This document shows, one piece after another, positions 1 through 12,430 of a stretch of 64,000 nt of DNA (position 1 is the stretch's first letter; every line of letters begins with the position of its first letter). The notes beneath the pieces were generated by a model. That model was not told where the DNA came from. It searched no databases and was given only the letters and a program-made list of their open reading frames with translations. Location of the stretch: the NCBI RefSeq assembly GCF_009834535.1, contig NC_045697.1, positions 43,960,001 to 44,024,000 on the forward strand, given 5' to 3'. Origin of the DNA: Camelus ferus (taxonomy: Eukaryota). Both the position numbers and the translations under genes were made by a program.

Positions 1-299
1 ACGACATGTCATTTCAAAAAATAAACATTTATTTTCTCAGAGCATAAGAGCTTGCAAGATTCTGCCCGCAACTCCTTTTCTGCTGTTGACCTCTTCACCA
101 TGGTGCAGTTACCACCACACCTGTTCATCCCCACAGGTGAGATGAATGTGGAGAGATGCCACTCTCAGTACTGTTCTGTCCCTTTGTTCCATTCTACCAT
201 CACAGACATGGAATTATGAGTGTATTACGCTTCTCTAAAACACTGGCAGCTACTGGCAATTACAATGGACAGGAGTTAAAAAAAGAAATTATTAAAATG

Positions 300-620
300 T
301 GTATATAAAATTTTATTCTGTATGATACTACAGTGGTGGCCACATGTCATTATGCATTTGCCAAAACCCATAGAATGTACATCAAGAATGTACAACCCCT
401 AATGTAAACCATGGACTTTGGTTGATAATAACGTGCCCTTATTGGTTCATCAATTGTACCAAATGTGCCACACTGACGAGGGATGTTGAGGGTAGGGGAG
501 TATATATGTGTGGGTGGGGAGGGCTATGTGTGAACTCTGTATTTTCTGCTCAGTTCTGTTGTGAACCTGAAACTGCTCTAAAAGAATAAAGTCTATTTAG
601 AAAAAAAAAAGAAAGAAAGA
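300..620 (+). mobile_element. Old L1M 3' end
   Basis: Typical L1M 3' UTR motifs (GAACTCTGTATTTTCTGCTCA...CTAAAAGAATAAAGT) followed by an A tail. Confidence 0.65.
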
Positions 621-799
621 ATAAAATCTATAATTCAAAGCACATTAAATACTTTGAAAAAAATAACAGTTGTGCATATGTGGGTTTATTGTGTATGTTA
701 GATTTTTTTGGAAACAAGAAATCTTCAGAATAAGTTAATAAAAGAAAGCAAGGCCCAGAAGAGCATATAGTTATTGTGTGTAAGAAAAAAAACAATATC

Positions 800-926
800 G
801 GTGGAGATAGATTAGGAGTTTGGTATTAACAGATATACATTACTATACATAAAATAGAGAAACAACAAAGACTTACTGCACAGGGAACTATATTCAATTT
901 CTTGTAATGAGCTGTAATGGAAAAGA

Positions 927-957
<31 letters not shown>

Positions 958-1049
958 AGTGTGTATGAATCACTTTGCTATACACCTGAAACTAACATTG
1001 TAAATTGACTACACTTCAACTAAAATAAAAAATTTTTAAAGAAAGAAAG
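800..1049 (+). mobile_element. 5'-truncated LINE-1 3' end containing (GT)n
   Basis: Similar to the 3' UTR of the full-length L1; TSD AAAACAATATC at 789-799 and 1050-1060. Confidence 0.85.
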
Positions 1050-3318
1050 AAAACAATATCTAGATGGACATCCTTGTAATAAATCTACTATTGCTGAAAG
1101 ATACAAAAGAAACTGGCATCAGTAAAAGCTTCATACGGGGGGATGGTGTAACTGGGGGACCAGAGAGGGAAGGAGACTTACTTTTCACTGCATACTCTTT
1201 TATGGCTTTTGAATTTTGTACATTTACCTATATTATTCTTTCCAAGTAAATGGCACAATATTTAGAGAGAAAATTAATGAAAGTGATCAGTAAATAAGAG
1301 AAAAAAAATAGAATTCACTTAACCAACAGAACCAAACAAGGCTTTGTCAGCAAGAAAACTGTGCCTGGGTCAGCAGGACAAGAGGAAATACTGGACAGTA
1401 TGACATTCTTGAGATGAGAAACAAGACAGAGGTCCTGAGGGTAGGGAGGAATTTAGGAGGAATCTGTGCAGAGGTCATATAATAAAACCACATGGAGGAG
1501 GTTTTCTAGTGGGAGGATGTTGTATCAGCAGAAAGAAAAACACAGTTTGAAGAGCTGAAGGTAGCAGGGTTGACATGACCATGATCTGGGTCCGGGAAAG
1601 CTTCCCAAAGAAACTGACAACTGAGCTGAAACCTAGAAGACAAATAGGACTTAACTAGCCAAGAGGGACAGGGCAGTGTAGGCAGTGGGTGAAAGAGTGT
1701 GTGCAAAGGCTCTGTGGAGGGAGTGCACAGACTCAATTCTCCCCCAGTGCCCACACACACTGGCTAACCCACTGCCACCAGTTTATCCCGATTTAGCGAT
1801 CAGAATGTTCAATTCTCCCTTTGTCTGAGAGAAACCCTCCTCCATAAGGCTAAACTAGTGGAAGGGGGGCAATCTGTGTATCAGGGGTAAGATATTTGAC
1901 GTAAGTTGCACGAAGCCTGCGATTTTCTGTCTTGTTCACTGGTACATTTAAGATTATTACCTCCATCTTACCCGAAACTGAAGCACAGGTAAGAGAATCA
2001 ACTTGTCTCTCCAAGATTGCACAGTGAGTGACTAAGCGGTATTTTTTGGTGCTTATTCAGGTATGCAGGTATGGCTTCATTCGGGCTCTGGCTCCAAGTC
2101 CCTTGGTTGCACTCAATCCTCCCCCACTGATTTTCTCTCTGCATCTCAGAAAAAACTGATGGAGAAACTTTGAGCTGAAAAGCCAACAAACGAGCATTTA
2201 AGAATCATTCCTGCAGACTTTAAGTTAAAACCCAGAGACTGGAAAAACAGTCATCAGCAGAAAGGAGAGAGTTCAATGAATTCCTAGAAGACGTAAAGTA
2301 AGTGGAGAAATAGTAGTTGAAGAACAAATAGAGGAAGCTGTGGTCTAGAACACTTGTAGAGGAGGCCGAAAGGAAGTGGGAGTTTTATCTTTCCTATAAG
2401 AATCCCAGTTACTGTTTCAGAAATAATGAAAACAATGGAAGATGGAATTAAGACATGCATTGGCATCAGAAACAATAACTGAATGAAATAATATAAGAGA
2501 TTTTCCTAGCACTGAAGGATATGTCTTTGGAATGAAAGGATCGACAAAGGACTCAGCACAATGAAAGGAGGAAACATAAGCATAAAAATGAAAATGCTAA
2601 AAGCTTCCAAAAACATACTGCTTCCAAAAGAATAAAAATTAAATTGACTTCTCAGTCACATCTGATGGTAAAAGACCATGGAGCAATGCCTTCAAAATTC
2701 CCAAGGAAATTTATAGACAAGAGTGCACATAACATACAAACATGGCTTAAAAATAATAGTGAAATGAACACCCATGAACCCAACACTCTGCTAAAGGTAT
2801 TTCACATCACTAGTGCCTGTGACACCTGAGGGCCCCGCCCTGATCCTGCTCCCTTTTCCCAACTTTGCGCTAACCATTTCTTTGATTTCCTTTACAGTTT
2901 CGCCACATATGCATGTACTGCTGACCTATATAATCTTGGTTTGGAAATATGTATTAAAAAACATATATTCATTATATGAAATTTCTACAAGTATCTTCCC
3001 ATCACATGCATTCCTCTGACTAGCCTTTTCCACTTGTGTTTTTCTGAGCTCACCCGTATTGGTGCAGACAGCTGAACCAGCTGAACGTCAGGGTTCGTGC
3101 ATTTTCACTGCATTCTAGTATTATTGGTCTGATGGTAATACAGTGACGCTAGCTTGCTTTTGGCTAGTTGCCTGGTAGACTTTTATCTATCCCTTGACTT
3201 TTAAAGTTTCTTTGTATTATGTTGCTGCAAATCTTGATAAGAACGTGTGGCTGCATTTGCTTATTCTAAAAACCTGATCTAAGAACTTTCTGTTTTAACT
3301 TAGGAATTTAAAGGGAAT

Positions 3319-3470
3319 GCTCACAGTGAAAAAAAAATGTGACAATGAATATATATATGTTCACGTATAGCTGAAAAATTGTGCTCTACACTGGAATTTG
3401 ACACAACATTGTAAAATGACTATAACTCAATAAAAAATGTTAAAAAATTTTTTTCAAATTAAAAAAAATA
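3319..3470 (+). mobile_element. 5'-truncated LINE-1 3' end
   Basis: Near-identical to 16431-16570 (GCTCACAG...GAAAAATTGTGCTCTACACTGGAATTTGACACAA). Confidence 0.85.
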
Positions 3471-4379
3471 AAGTGCTTAATACATTTGGCCGGGGTGGGG
3501 GGAATCTGCCATCTTACTTTCTGCTTTCTCTTCCTCTCTTTTCTCTCTTCTTTCTTACCTTCTTTTGGATTGAGCCCCCTCACTTTCAGCTCATCCCTCC
3601 TTCCCATAAGAGACTTTATTTTAAACACAGAATTCTAAATATAATTAAACTATGAAGTGCAAAGGAAGAATAAAACATTTTTCAGACGTGGAAAGACTCA
3701 AAAATGCACTTCCCACCCCTCCTGTCTTAGGAAGTCACATTCAGTGTGATCTAGTCAAACAGAGTAAACAACGCAAAAGGGTGATCTGGAGTTTAAAAAG
3801 CCCTGGGGAGGAATAAAGAAAAGTTTTGGACAGAGAGAAACACAGCAGGTCTAGAGAACAACTGATCCAAATTGGAACAAGAAGGTAGATGTTTTAGGAA
3901 GGAACAATCTAGAGAAAACAAAATTCCCAAGATTTGAAATTGACATTCAGAAGACGTTTAAAGTGCATAAGAAATAAAGAACAGTGAATAGAAACTTCAG
4001 GGGAAAAAAAGTCCTGACTCCTCAGTTAACTAACTGTGACATTTCCCTAGTTGTTAACTTTTCTGCCTGGACGTCTCCTCACTCTTAAAATAAATTTCCT
4101 AAGGTTCAGCCTTCCTCAGAGGGCTGTCATGAGGACCAGGTTAGTTAATAATTGCAGAGTGATTAGAAAAGTGCCCAGCAATTAGTAAGTGTGCATTGAA
4201 CGGACAAAGAAAAATGAACCTTGGCTCTGTCCTTAACAATAGTCATATAGTCACAGTAATACTAATATTGCTTTTTTGAACTATTTAGATTCAACGATTG
4301 GACAATATACAAATTACTTAATTACAGGTACAGAACAGAATGTAAGTTTTATCAACTTCAAAAATAGAAAAGTATAAAC

Positions 4380-4580
4380 AATAAGCTCCTAAAAAATAAT
4401 ACAAATAAATAAATTAATTAATAAGGTTCTACTGTATAGCACAGGGAACTATATTCGATAGCTTGTAATAGCCTGTAATAAAAAAGAACGTGAAAAGGAA
4501 TATATGATGTGTAACTGAATCACTATGCTATACCCCAAAAACTAACACATTATAAATCCACTATACTTCAATTTTTTTTA
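4380..4580 (+). mobile_element. 5'-truncated LINE-1 3' end
   Basis: CTGTATAGCACAGGGAACTAT motif; imperfect TSD AAAAATAGA(A/G)AAGTA. Confidence 0.75.
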
Positions 4581-5975
4581 AAAAATAGAGAAGTAAAACC
4601 AGAGAGAACAGAAGCTAGGAGGCAGAAATGGAGAAGAGGGCAACAAGACAGGGTCAGGTCACCACTCTTCTTGCCTCTCAAAACAGAAAATCGAGGGATA
4701 CTGTCTAAATAAGAGAGAACCAAACACAAAGGTCTACGTGTAGCATTTAAAGTTATGAAGGAATTAAAGTAGGAACTGAAAATAGTCCTGGTGCTGTGTT
4801 GGGAGGGGGGACTGAGGGGGAAACTAGAAGTGCATAACCTTCTTCTACCTCCCTGCAAGCCATAGATAATGTCCAAAATTATTATCAAAAAACAACAGTA
4901 TAATATATTATCGAGGGACAACATGACAATATCCCAGGAAAACTAAAAACAGAAACAGAAATATCTGAGTTAAAATGCTTTCCCTCTGTGGAGCAGGATT
5001 ACAATGACAGAAAGGTAGAGCAGGAAACTGCTGCTTCTCTGGTTAAAAAGCCTTCTGTATTATTTGAAAACGTTTAATCATGTGCATGTCCTACTTTCAA
5101 AAAAATGAAAAGAAAACTTTCTAAAAATATGCATTCACAGTTTTTCTGGAGACAGCATTGCAATTGTCGAGTTCTGAAGTGGCTCCTACAATTTGCCGTC
5201 ACTGGCCTCCTAAATTGTTTTCAACGTCTTAAACGAAGGTGAAATTTCTCTCTGATGCAGAGAGGAGGCTGAAGTGCTGAACAAGTATTTTTGAAGTGTG
5301 AGGAGGTACACATTGCTTGCCTTCCTAGGGAGTCCTCAAGACTTGGCGTCTCAGTTTTAGCTATATATTCCTTTTTTCCTTTGGTGAAGAATTGGCAGGT
5401 TTGCATAATAACTAAAGTCTTCTATAACCTCCGGAAGCTTCTCCCATAGCTATGATTTCTCATTTGCACCTTGGTTTTGTTGTTGGGTGGGATGGGGAGG
5501 AAGCTCTGAGGGATCAGGGCCCTGCCTTGATATTGGGTAAGAGGTTCAAGATATCTTGAGGGTCCTTGGGCTCAATAACGGAGCTGAGTCTTGGACCATC
5601 TGAGCACGGTGGGATGCCAGGGAAACCAGAAACACAGCTAGGACCTTGGGTTCCTACTGAGCCATCACACAGGGACCAAGGGACACACCGGGGTAAAATT
5701 GTGCCCTCCTCTTCTGCAGACTCCTTCCAAGTGCCAGGCAAGCCTGTGCCACCCAGGCTGAATCTTTTCAGTCTCTGCTCCAGCCTGTTGAGAGGAAACC
5801 CGTCACTTTATATGATGTGGCCTTCCCCAAGCCATGCGGCCACTCCTTACTTCAGACAAGGCCAGTCTGCCATCAGAAGGAACAAAAATAAGACAGAAAG
5901 AGATCTCAGCCGTGCTCAAGTCCCCAGTTCTGGTTATTTCAAAAGGCTGTTTAGATCCCTGTCCTCAGGCTCTTG

Positions 5976-6023
5976 TTTCTTTTTTTGTTTTGTTTTGTTT
6001 TGTTTTGTTTTGTTTTGTTTTGT
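5976..6023. repeat. (TTTTG)n microsatellite
   Basis: Direct reading of tandem pentamers. Confidence 0.9.
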
Positions 6024-8230
6024 TGGGGAAAGAGGGGCAGGTGAGTAGGTTCTGTTACCTGTAACCTATGCATGGTCTCTCCCTAATGAGAGTTGCCACA
6101 TTTCATGAAGAAAGCTGGGCCTGTCTACAAGTCTGTAGCTCTTGAGCATGGAGACAGTGTTCCCCCAAGAAATGGACAGTCTCCCACCTAGCTGCCGAAG
6201 GACAGGAATTTAAGCCACAATAAAGATAAAGCTTGCCCAGGGAAACCAACGTCACAGCCCCTTCCCCAGTACATCCTCCTTATCATAAAACCACATTCTC
6301 AATTACAACTTTCTGGAAAAGTATTTCCACCAGATATAAACTGACATGGTGTTGGCATGAGCTGGAGGTGGGTGAGGATCTAAGCACAGAGATAGCTTGC
6401 CCCCAAACTGGTGTTGTAATATTTATAATTCTCCTTTACCAAGTGTGTTGTAAATCACCTGGTCTTTATTCATTTCATTTTCCTTCCTCCTGAGAGAATG
6501 TTTGTTAAGGAAATGTACCTGTGAGCAGGGCTACTTCTCTCTGCTGCACTGACAGTCAAAGCAGCTCCCCCACAGTTCAAGCTCATAGACTCTACAGTCT
6601 TCTCGCCACATGAAGTTTAATGATGTGCATACTTTCACTGAAAAACAAGAGATAATAAGCCAGAATGATCTTTGACATCACTCCTTTTAGGATAGAATAT
6701 TACTTCTGGAGAAATGCCGTGATTTCTAGCAGTGTTTATAGCAATGGGCCCAGAGTACAAGAAAAGGACATTAAGATTCACTTACACGTGACCTGATAAA
6801 AGCCTGAGAAATGGAAATGTTCTACCCTCATTAGCATCTGGAAATGCTCGATTTTTCCATGCAAATATTTACATAATGGCCAATTTTCCATTTAGAAGAA
6901 TATTACTGATAATTTCACAAGAAGCTGGCCCTCTGTTCCATATGAACGACAGCACCAGTTGCTCCAGATGCTGAGTAGAAAAATGCACGGACAGTGGAGC
7001 TTAGCTCCAGCTGTTTTCTTTTTAAGGATGAAAAGGATTTCTAACTCCCAGCTTTTTAAAATTTGACATATAACTCACATACTATAAAATTCACCTTTTC
7101 AGAGTACGATTCAGTGGGTTTAGTGTATTCACAAAGTTATGCAAGGGTGGGGTTATGGGCTGGGTCTCATTTCCTCTCTACACAAGTGCGAAATAGATGA
7201 AGGAAGATAAGCCAGAAACTAAAGAGATTAGTTACCTACAGGGGGTGTGTAGATACAGGGTGATGGGAATCGGGTACCAGAGATGAAGAGAGTGTAACTC
7301 TTTTCTGAGTATGTTTTCTGTACCCACACTAACGGCAGCAACAAAGAAAAGAATTAACTGAAGTAACTTTGGGAAACAGTGTTCTGGCCTGATCCTGTAA
7401 AGCGAAAAGCAAAAGAAATGTACACGACAATGACACTAGTTAGTAAATCAGTGTCTCACAGAGGTATGGGTTAGCAATTCTGAAACCATCCGGTGTACAT
7501 ACTAGGATTGAACAAATAAGTAAGTGTATCATAGATAATGAGAGCTCAATTTTTCACGGTCTGAAAAAGAACTGAAAATAAGGCAAGGAGGAAAGCTAGC
7601 ATTAATTCTTGCGGTATTGAATTAGAATTAGAGGTATGAAGTTTAGAATTAGAATTATCAGCATGAACACATGGTTTTGGTTGATAGAGCTGTATGTACG
7701 CACATCCACATGTGTATCCATGTACATATTGATGCATATGTACACGTAAATGTACGTATATCTCCTCGCTTTACCGAAGCAGCCTAAGAGCAATGAGAAC
7801 CCAACAGCAGTGAGCCCACCTCGCACCCAGATCTTTTCTAAATACCATTCTCCAATGAAAGGAACCAGAGCTCCTTGGAGACGAGGTTAATTTAGCATAG
7901 GTACTCTACAAACAAGTCATGAAAAGCAAAGAAAAACTGGGGCATTTCTCCAGGTTGGAGGAGATTGAGAGAGATGACAACTAAATGTAATGTCGAATCC
8001 TGGGTTGAATCCTTGAGCAGAAAATGGAAAAATGCTTAAGATTCAAATCATGTCTGTGGCTGAGCTAATTTTATTGTACCAATGTTGATTTTCTGGTTTT
8101 GATCACCTTCCTGTGGTTATATGAGATGTTGATTTTAAAAGAAATTAGCTGAAGAGCACATGAGAAGTCTCTTCTATTTTTGCAACTTTTCTGTCAAGTC
8201 AAAAGTTGTTTCAAAAAAATGTTTTTCTCT

Positions 8231-8600
8231 TATCACTCATATGTAGAATCTAAAAAAAAAAAAAAAAGACAAACGAACTTATTTATAAAACAGAAACAGA
8301 CATAGAAAACAAACTTATGTTTACCAGAGAGGAGGGGACTAGGAAGGAAAAACTGGGGGCTCAAGATTTGCAGATACTGACTGGTATATATAAAATAGAT
8401 AAACAAGTTTATGCTGTATAGCACAGGGAACTATGTTCAATATCTTGTAGTAGCTTACAGTGAAAAAGAATATGAAAACAAATATATGTATATTCATGTA
8501 TGACTGAAGCATTATGCTGTACACCAGAAACTAACACAACATTGTAAACTGACTGTACTTCCATTAAAAAAAAAAGTTAAAAAATAAAAATAAATAAATA
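8231..8600 (+). mobile_element. 5'-truncated LINE-1 3' end
   Basis: ATCACTCATATGTAGAATCTAA (end of ORF2), then 3' UTR and A-rich tail. Confidence 0.85.
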
Positions 8601-11108
8601 GATAAGAAACAAATCTAAATAATACACTAAATAACAATGAAGTGTTAAAAATGAAGGAACTCAAGGTTTTAAAAAAAATTCCATTCTGGTATAATTAAAG
8701 GATAAATCAGTTCAAATGAAATATGTCACTGCTATTAAAACTTCATTCATTTATTTAAAAAAATTTTTTAATCTTAATAATATTTATTTCTCTCATGAAG
8801 AAGTTACTTTTTAAAAAAACTAGAAATTTGAGGGGATGAAGGTGACAAAAGGAGTGAAATAACTATAAATGTTCTTCTAGATCAAAAATCATCTGACATC
8901 TGAGACGGAGGACTTTCCATATCTATCTGTTACTTCTTCACGTGTCCTAGAAAGACTTCATCATGCTTAACAAAATCCATTACAGTGTAAAACCATTTCC
9001 AATATCTGTTACCATAAACCAAGAAATCCATTCATTCAAGGTTACATAAGGAGAATTAATCACACAAAAATTTTATCAACTTCTTTTTCAAAAATTAAAG
9101 TACTTTATCGTACTTGGCATTCTTACACATAATGATGTAGATTCAAAGACTGAAAGCATTAAGGGCATATAATTAAAATTCATGGACTGAGACGAGGCAA
9201 AGATGACAGAGCAGTAGGATGCTCGCGGCTCACCCTCTCCCACAGATACACCAAGACTCACATCCACGGACCCACTCAGCCAACCAGAGCACCTGCAGAA
9301 CTCCGACAGAACATTGTCCTCTTCAAAAGATAAAGATGCCAAAAATCTGGTAGGAGAAAGGAAAAAAACAAAGACAAAAAGGCAAAACAGTGCGAGTCCT
9401 GTCCCGCGGGGAGGGAGTGGCAAAGGAGGACTAGCGCTCGTTCGCGGGGTCTCCCCTTCTCCAACCGAGAGGCCAGAGGGATGGAGGGGGAGCCTCCGAG
9501 GCTCGGATCTGTACCGAGCAGCCCTTGACCTACAGAACCAAGTTAAATGGGCACAGAGGGTCCCTGCGACACCCAGCCCGAGACCCGAGCTGGGAGCTGG
9601 GGGCTGGGACAGGCTGCCCGAGCCGGGCGGAGGACGGGGACAGATGGCTGCACTGAGGCAGCCTGGGGGGACTGCAGGGTGCTGCACAACGTGGATGAGT
9701 GGGTGCACAGGGCAGAACAACCACGGCCCTCCATAAAACAGCATGGCTGATGTGCCCTGGAGGGAAGGGTGCATACCCCCATCTCTGAAAACCCACAGAA
9801 GGTTTTCGGGGAGGAGACGCGGGACTCAGGCGCAGCTGCCATATCCTCTGGCACTTGGCACCCAGGTAGGGGCAGGGGCAAACCTGAATCCGCACCTAGG
9901 GGCTCAGCAGCCTCAAAGGCCAGACAGTGACTTGTTTGTAGCCCGAGTCAGATAGGATCCTTGTGCCCGGGTGCCTCGCAAAGTTCACGCCACCAGGACA
10001 AACGAGGAGCTGAGTTTGGACACGGAGCAGGGGCGGGCCCGCCTGCGGACCCAGGGCAGAGCGAGCGGCGGCGCGGGGCGGAACTGCGGATCCACCGGCG
10101 CCAGGAGACGGCGGGTAGCCCCCCACCTTTACGGCAGGAATGCTGTGCTGGGAGGGGGCGCGATCTGCTTGCCGACAGGCACTGGGAGCAGCACAGACAA
10201 GGGCGCCAACAGAGGGCCTCTGGAAATAGCAAGCTGAGTTCACAAAACAGGGTGAAGACAAAGACTTCTCATTAAGAGCACACAGTCTCCAGGAGAATAC
10301 CCCCTCCACCCTCCTTTTTTTTTTTAATCTGTTTTTACTTGTTGTATTTTCTACTACCTTTTTAATTTTTACTTTTTAAACAACTACATATCCTCCCAGT
10401 TTTAACCCCTTTTAAATGTTTCTTTTAAAATAATATTATTTTTAAAAATCCACGTCATGTCATTTTTATCTCTCTTGGTTTTGATCTCCTGTTATTGATT
10501 ATACACAGGTTTCAAATATTTTTTTCCTCTTTTTCTCCTTTTTTAAAGGTTTTTAAGAGACGTCTCAACCCAATTGCTATTCTGCTTCAGCTTGCTTTTT
10601 AATTATTCATTATACACTGTTTTCAAACCTTTTTTCCTCCCCTTTTTCAAAATTCTCTTTATCATATCTTTTTTATCTGTTCTATTTTTTATTACTTTTT
10701 AAATTTCTACTTTCTAAACAATTGTATATGCTTCTAGTTTTAATTCCTTTTAAAATTTTTCTTTTAAAATAGTTATATTATTTTTTTTAAATCCACCTGA
10801 TTTCATTTTCATTTCTTTTAGTTTTGATCTCCTGTTATTGATTATAAATAGGTTTCAAATACCGATTTTTGATCATTTTTCCTGTTTTTTAAGGGTTTTT
10901 AAAAAAAGACATCTCAACTCGAATGCTAGTCTGATTCAAATTGCACTTCTATAATTGATTGTACACTGTTTTCAAACCTTTTTTCTCCCTTCTTTTAAAA
11001 TTCTCTTTCTCTCTCTCTCTCCTTTTTTTTTAAAGTTTTATTCCTACATACGCATTAAATAGATAAATAAACTCCTTTAAGGATCACAATAGATAACTGA
11101 TACTCCAT

Positions 11109-12027
11109 ATGCCACAGTGCCAGAGAGATATGAGCAAGATGAAGCAGAGAAACCACTCCCAATTAAAAGAACAAGAGAAAGCCCCTGAAAGAATGATCAA
11201 TGAAATAGACATCAATAGCCTACTAGACCAAGGTTTCAAAAAAGGAGTGATCAAAGTACTGAAGGAACAAAAAGAGATAGTGTTTAGAGATATAAAATGT
11301 GTCAAAAATGAAATGGTAGCTATAAACAAGAGCCAAGTAGAATTGGTAAACTCATTGGCTGAGATGAGGAATGATCTAAAGGCTGTGCAAAGCCGACTAG
11401 ATAATGCAGAGGAACGAATTAGTGACCAAAAGACAGGACAATAGAAAGCACCCAATCAGAACAGCTACAAGAAAAACAAATAAAAACAAATGAAAATAGC
11501 ATAAGGGACCTATGGGATAATATAAAGCATGCCAATCTTCACATAATAGGGGTCCCAGTAGGGGAAGAAAGATCAAAGGGGGTTGAAAAGGTTTTTGAAG
11601 AAATCATGACTGAAAACTTCCCAAACTTAAAGAAGGAATCAGATATCCAAGTACAGGAAGCTCAGAGGGTCCCAAACAGGAAGAACCCAAATAGACCCAC
11701 ACCAAGACATATCATAATCAAGATGGCCAGAGTCAAGGATAAAGAAATGATCCTAAAGGCAGCAAGAGAAAAGCAAAGAGTGAGTTACAAGGGAACCCCC
11801 ATAAGGCTCTCGGCTGTTTCTCTACACAAATACTACAGGCCAGAAGGGAGTGGCAAGATATATTCAAAGTCCTGAATGAAAAAAAGATGCAGCCTATGAT
11901 ACTTTATCCAGCAAGGCTATCCTTTAGCATAGAAGGAGACATAAAGAATTTCACAGACAAGAAAAAGCTACAAGAGTTTAGCAACACTAAACCCATGCTA
12001 AAAGAAATATTGAAAGGTCTACTCTAA
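11109..12027 (+). pseudogene. LINE-1 ORF1p, frameshifted
   Basis: Coiled-coil segment, then ENFPNL...EAQRVP...RPTPRHIIIK...ILKAAREK...YKGTPIRLSA. Frameshifts near 11430 and 11818. Confidence 0.9.
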
Positions 12028-12430
12028 ATAGAAAAGCAGCAGGATGCTACAGAAGTGAGAAACTCACAACTTGAAAGGTGATAACTCATGAATTACAAAT
12101 AAAATAAACACGAAATTATAAAAGAACATACAAATCATTGAGAGTGGGAGAGGGAGACAGGGAAATATAGAAATTTTTCTTCTTTCTTTTTAAATTTTTT
12201 GTTCTTGATAGGATGGGTTTGAGAACATGTTACTATCAGTTTAATAAAAACAATTATAGTAATGGGCTAATAGATTTACAAAAAAGGGTAACCATAAGCC
12301 AGAAACTTACAAGGGAGTCACAAAAACTAAATAAAATCCATGATAATACAAAGGAAAATTACCAAACCACAAAAGGAAGAAGAAAGGAACAAAGAGGAAA
12401 TACCAAATCAACTGCAAAGATAAGTTCAAA

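Noticed and set aside
5514..6064. 160-aa ORF and neighbours
   Set aside because: The 160-aa ORF has a non-ATG start and runs through a (TTTTG)n microsatellite; none shows a recognisable domain or exon structure.
9088..10309. Many overlapping ORFs up to 228 aa on both strands, possible ORF0 analogue
   Set aside because: They lie in the GC-rich L1 5' UTR where stops are scarce, show no recognisable domain, and the longest runs out of the element into flanking DNA.
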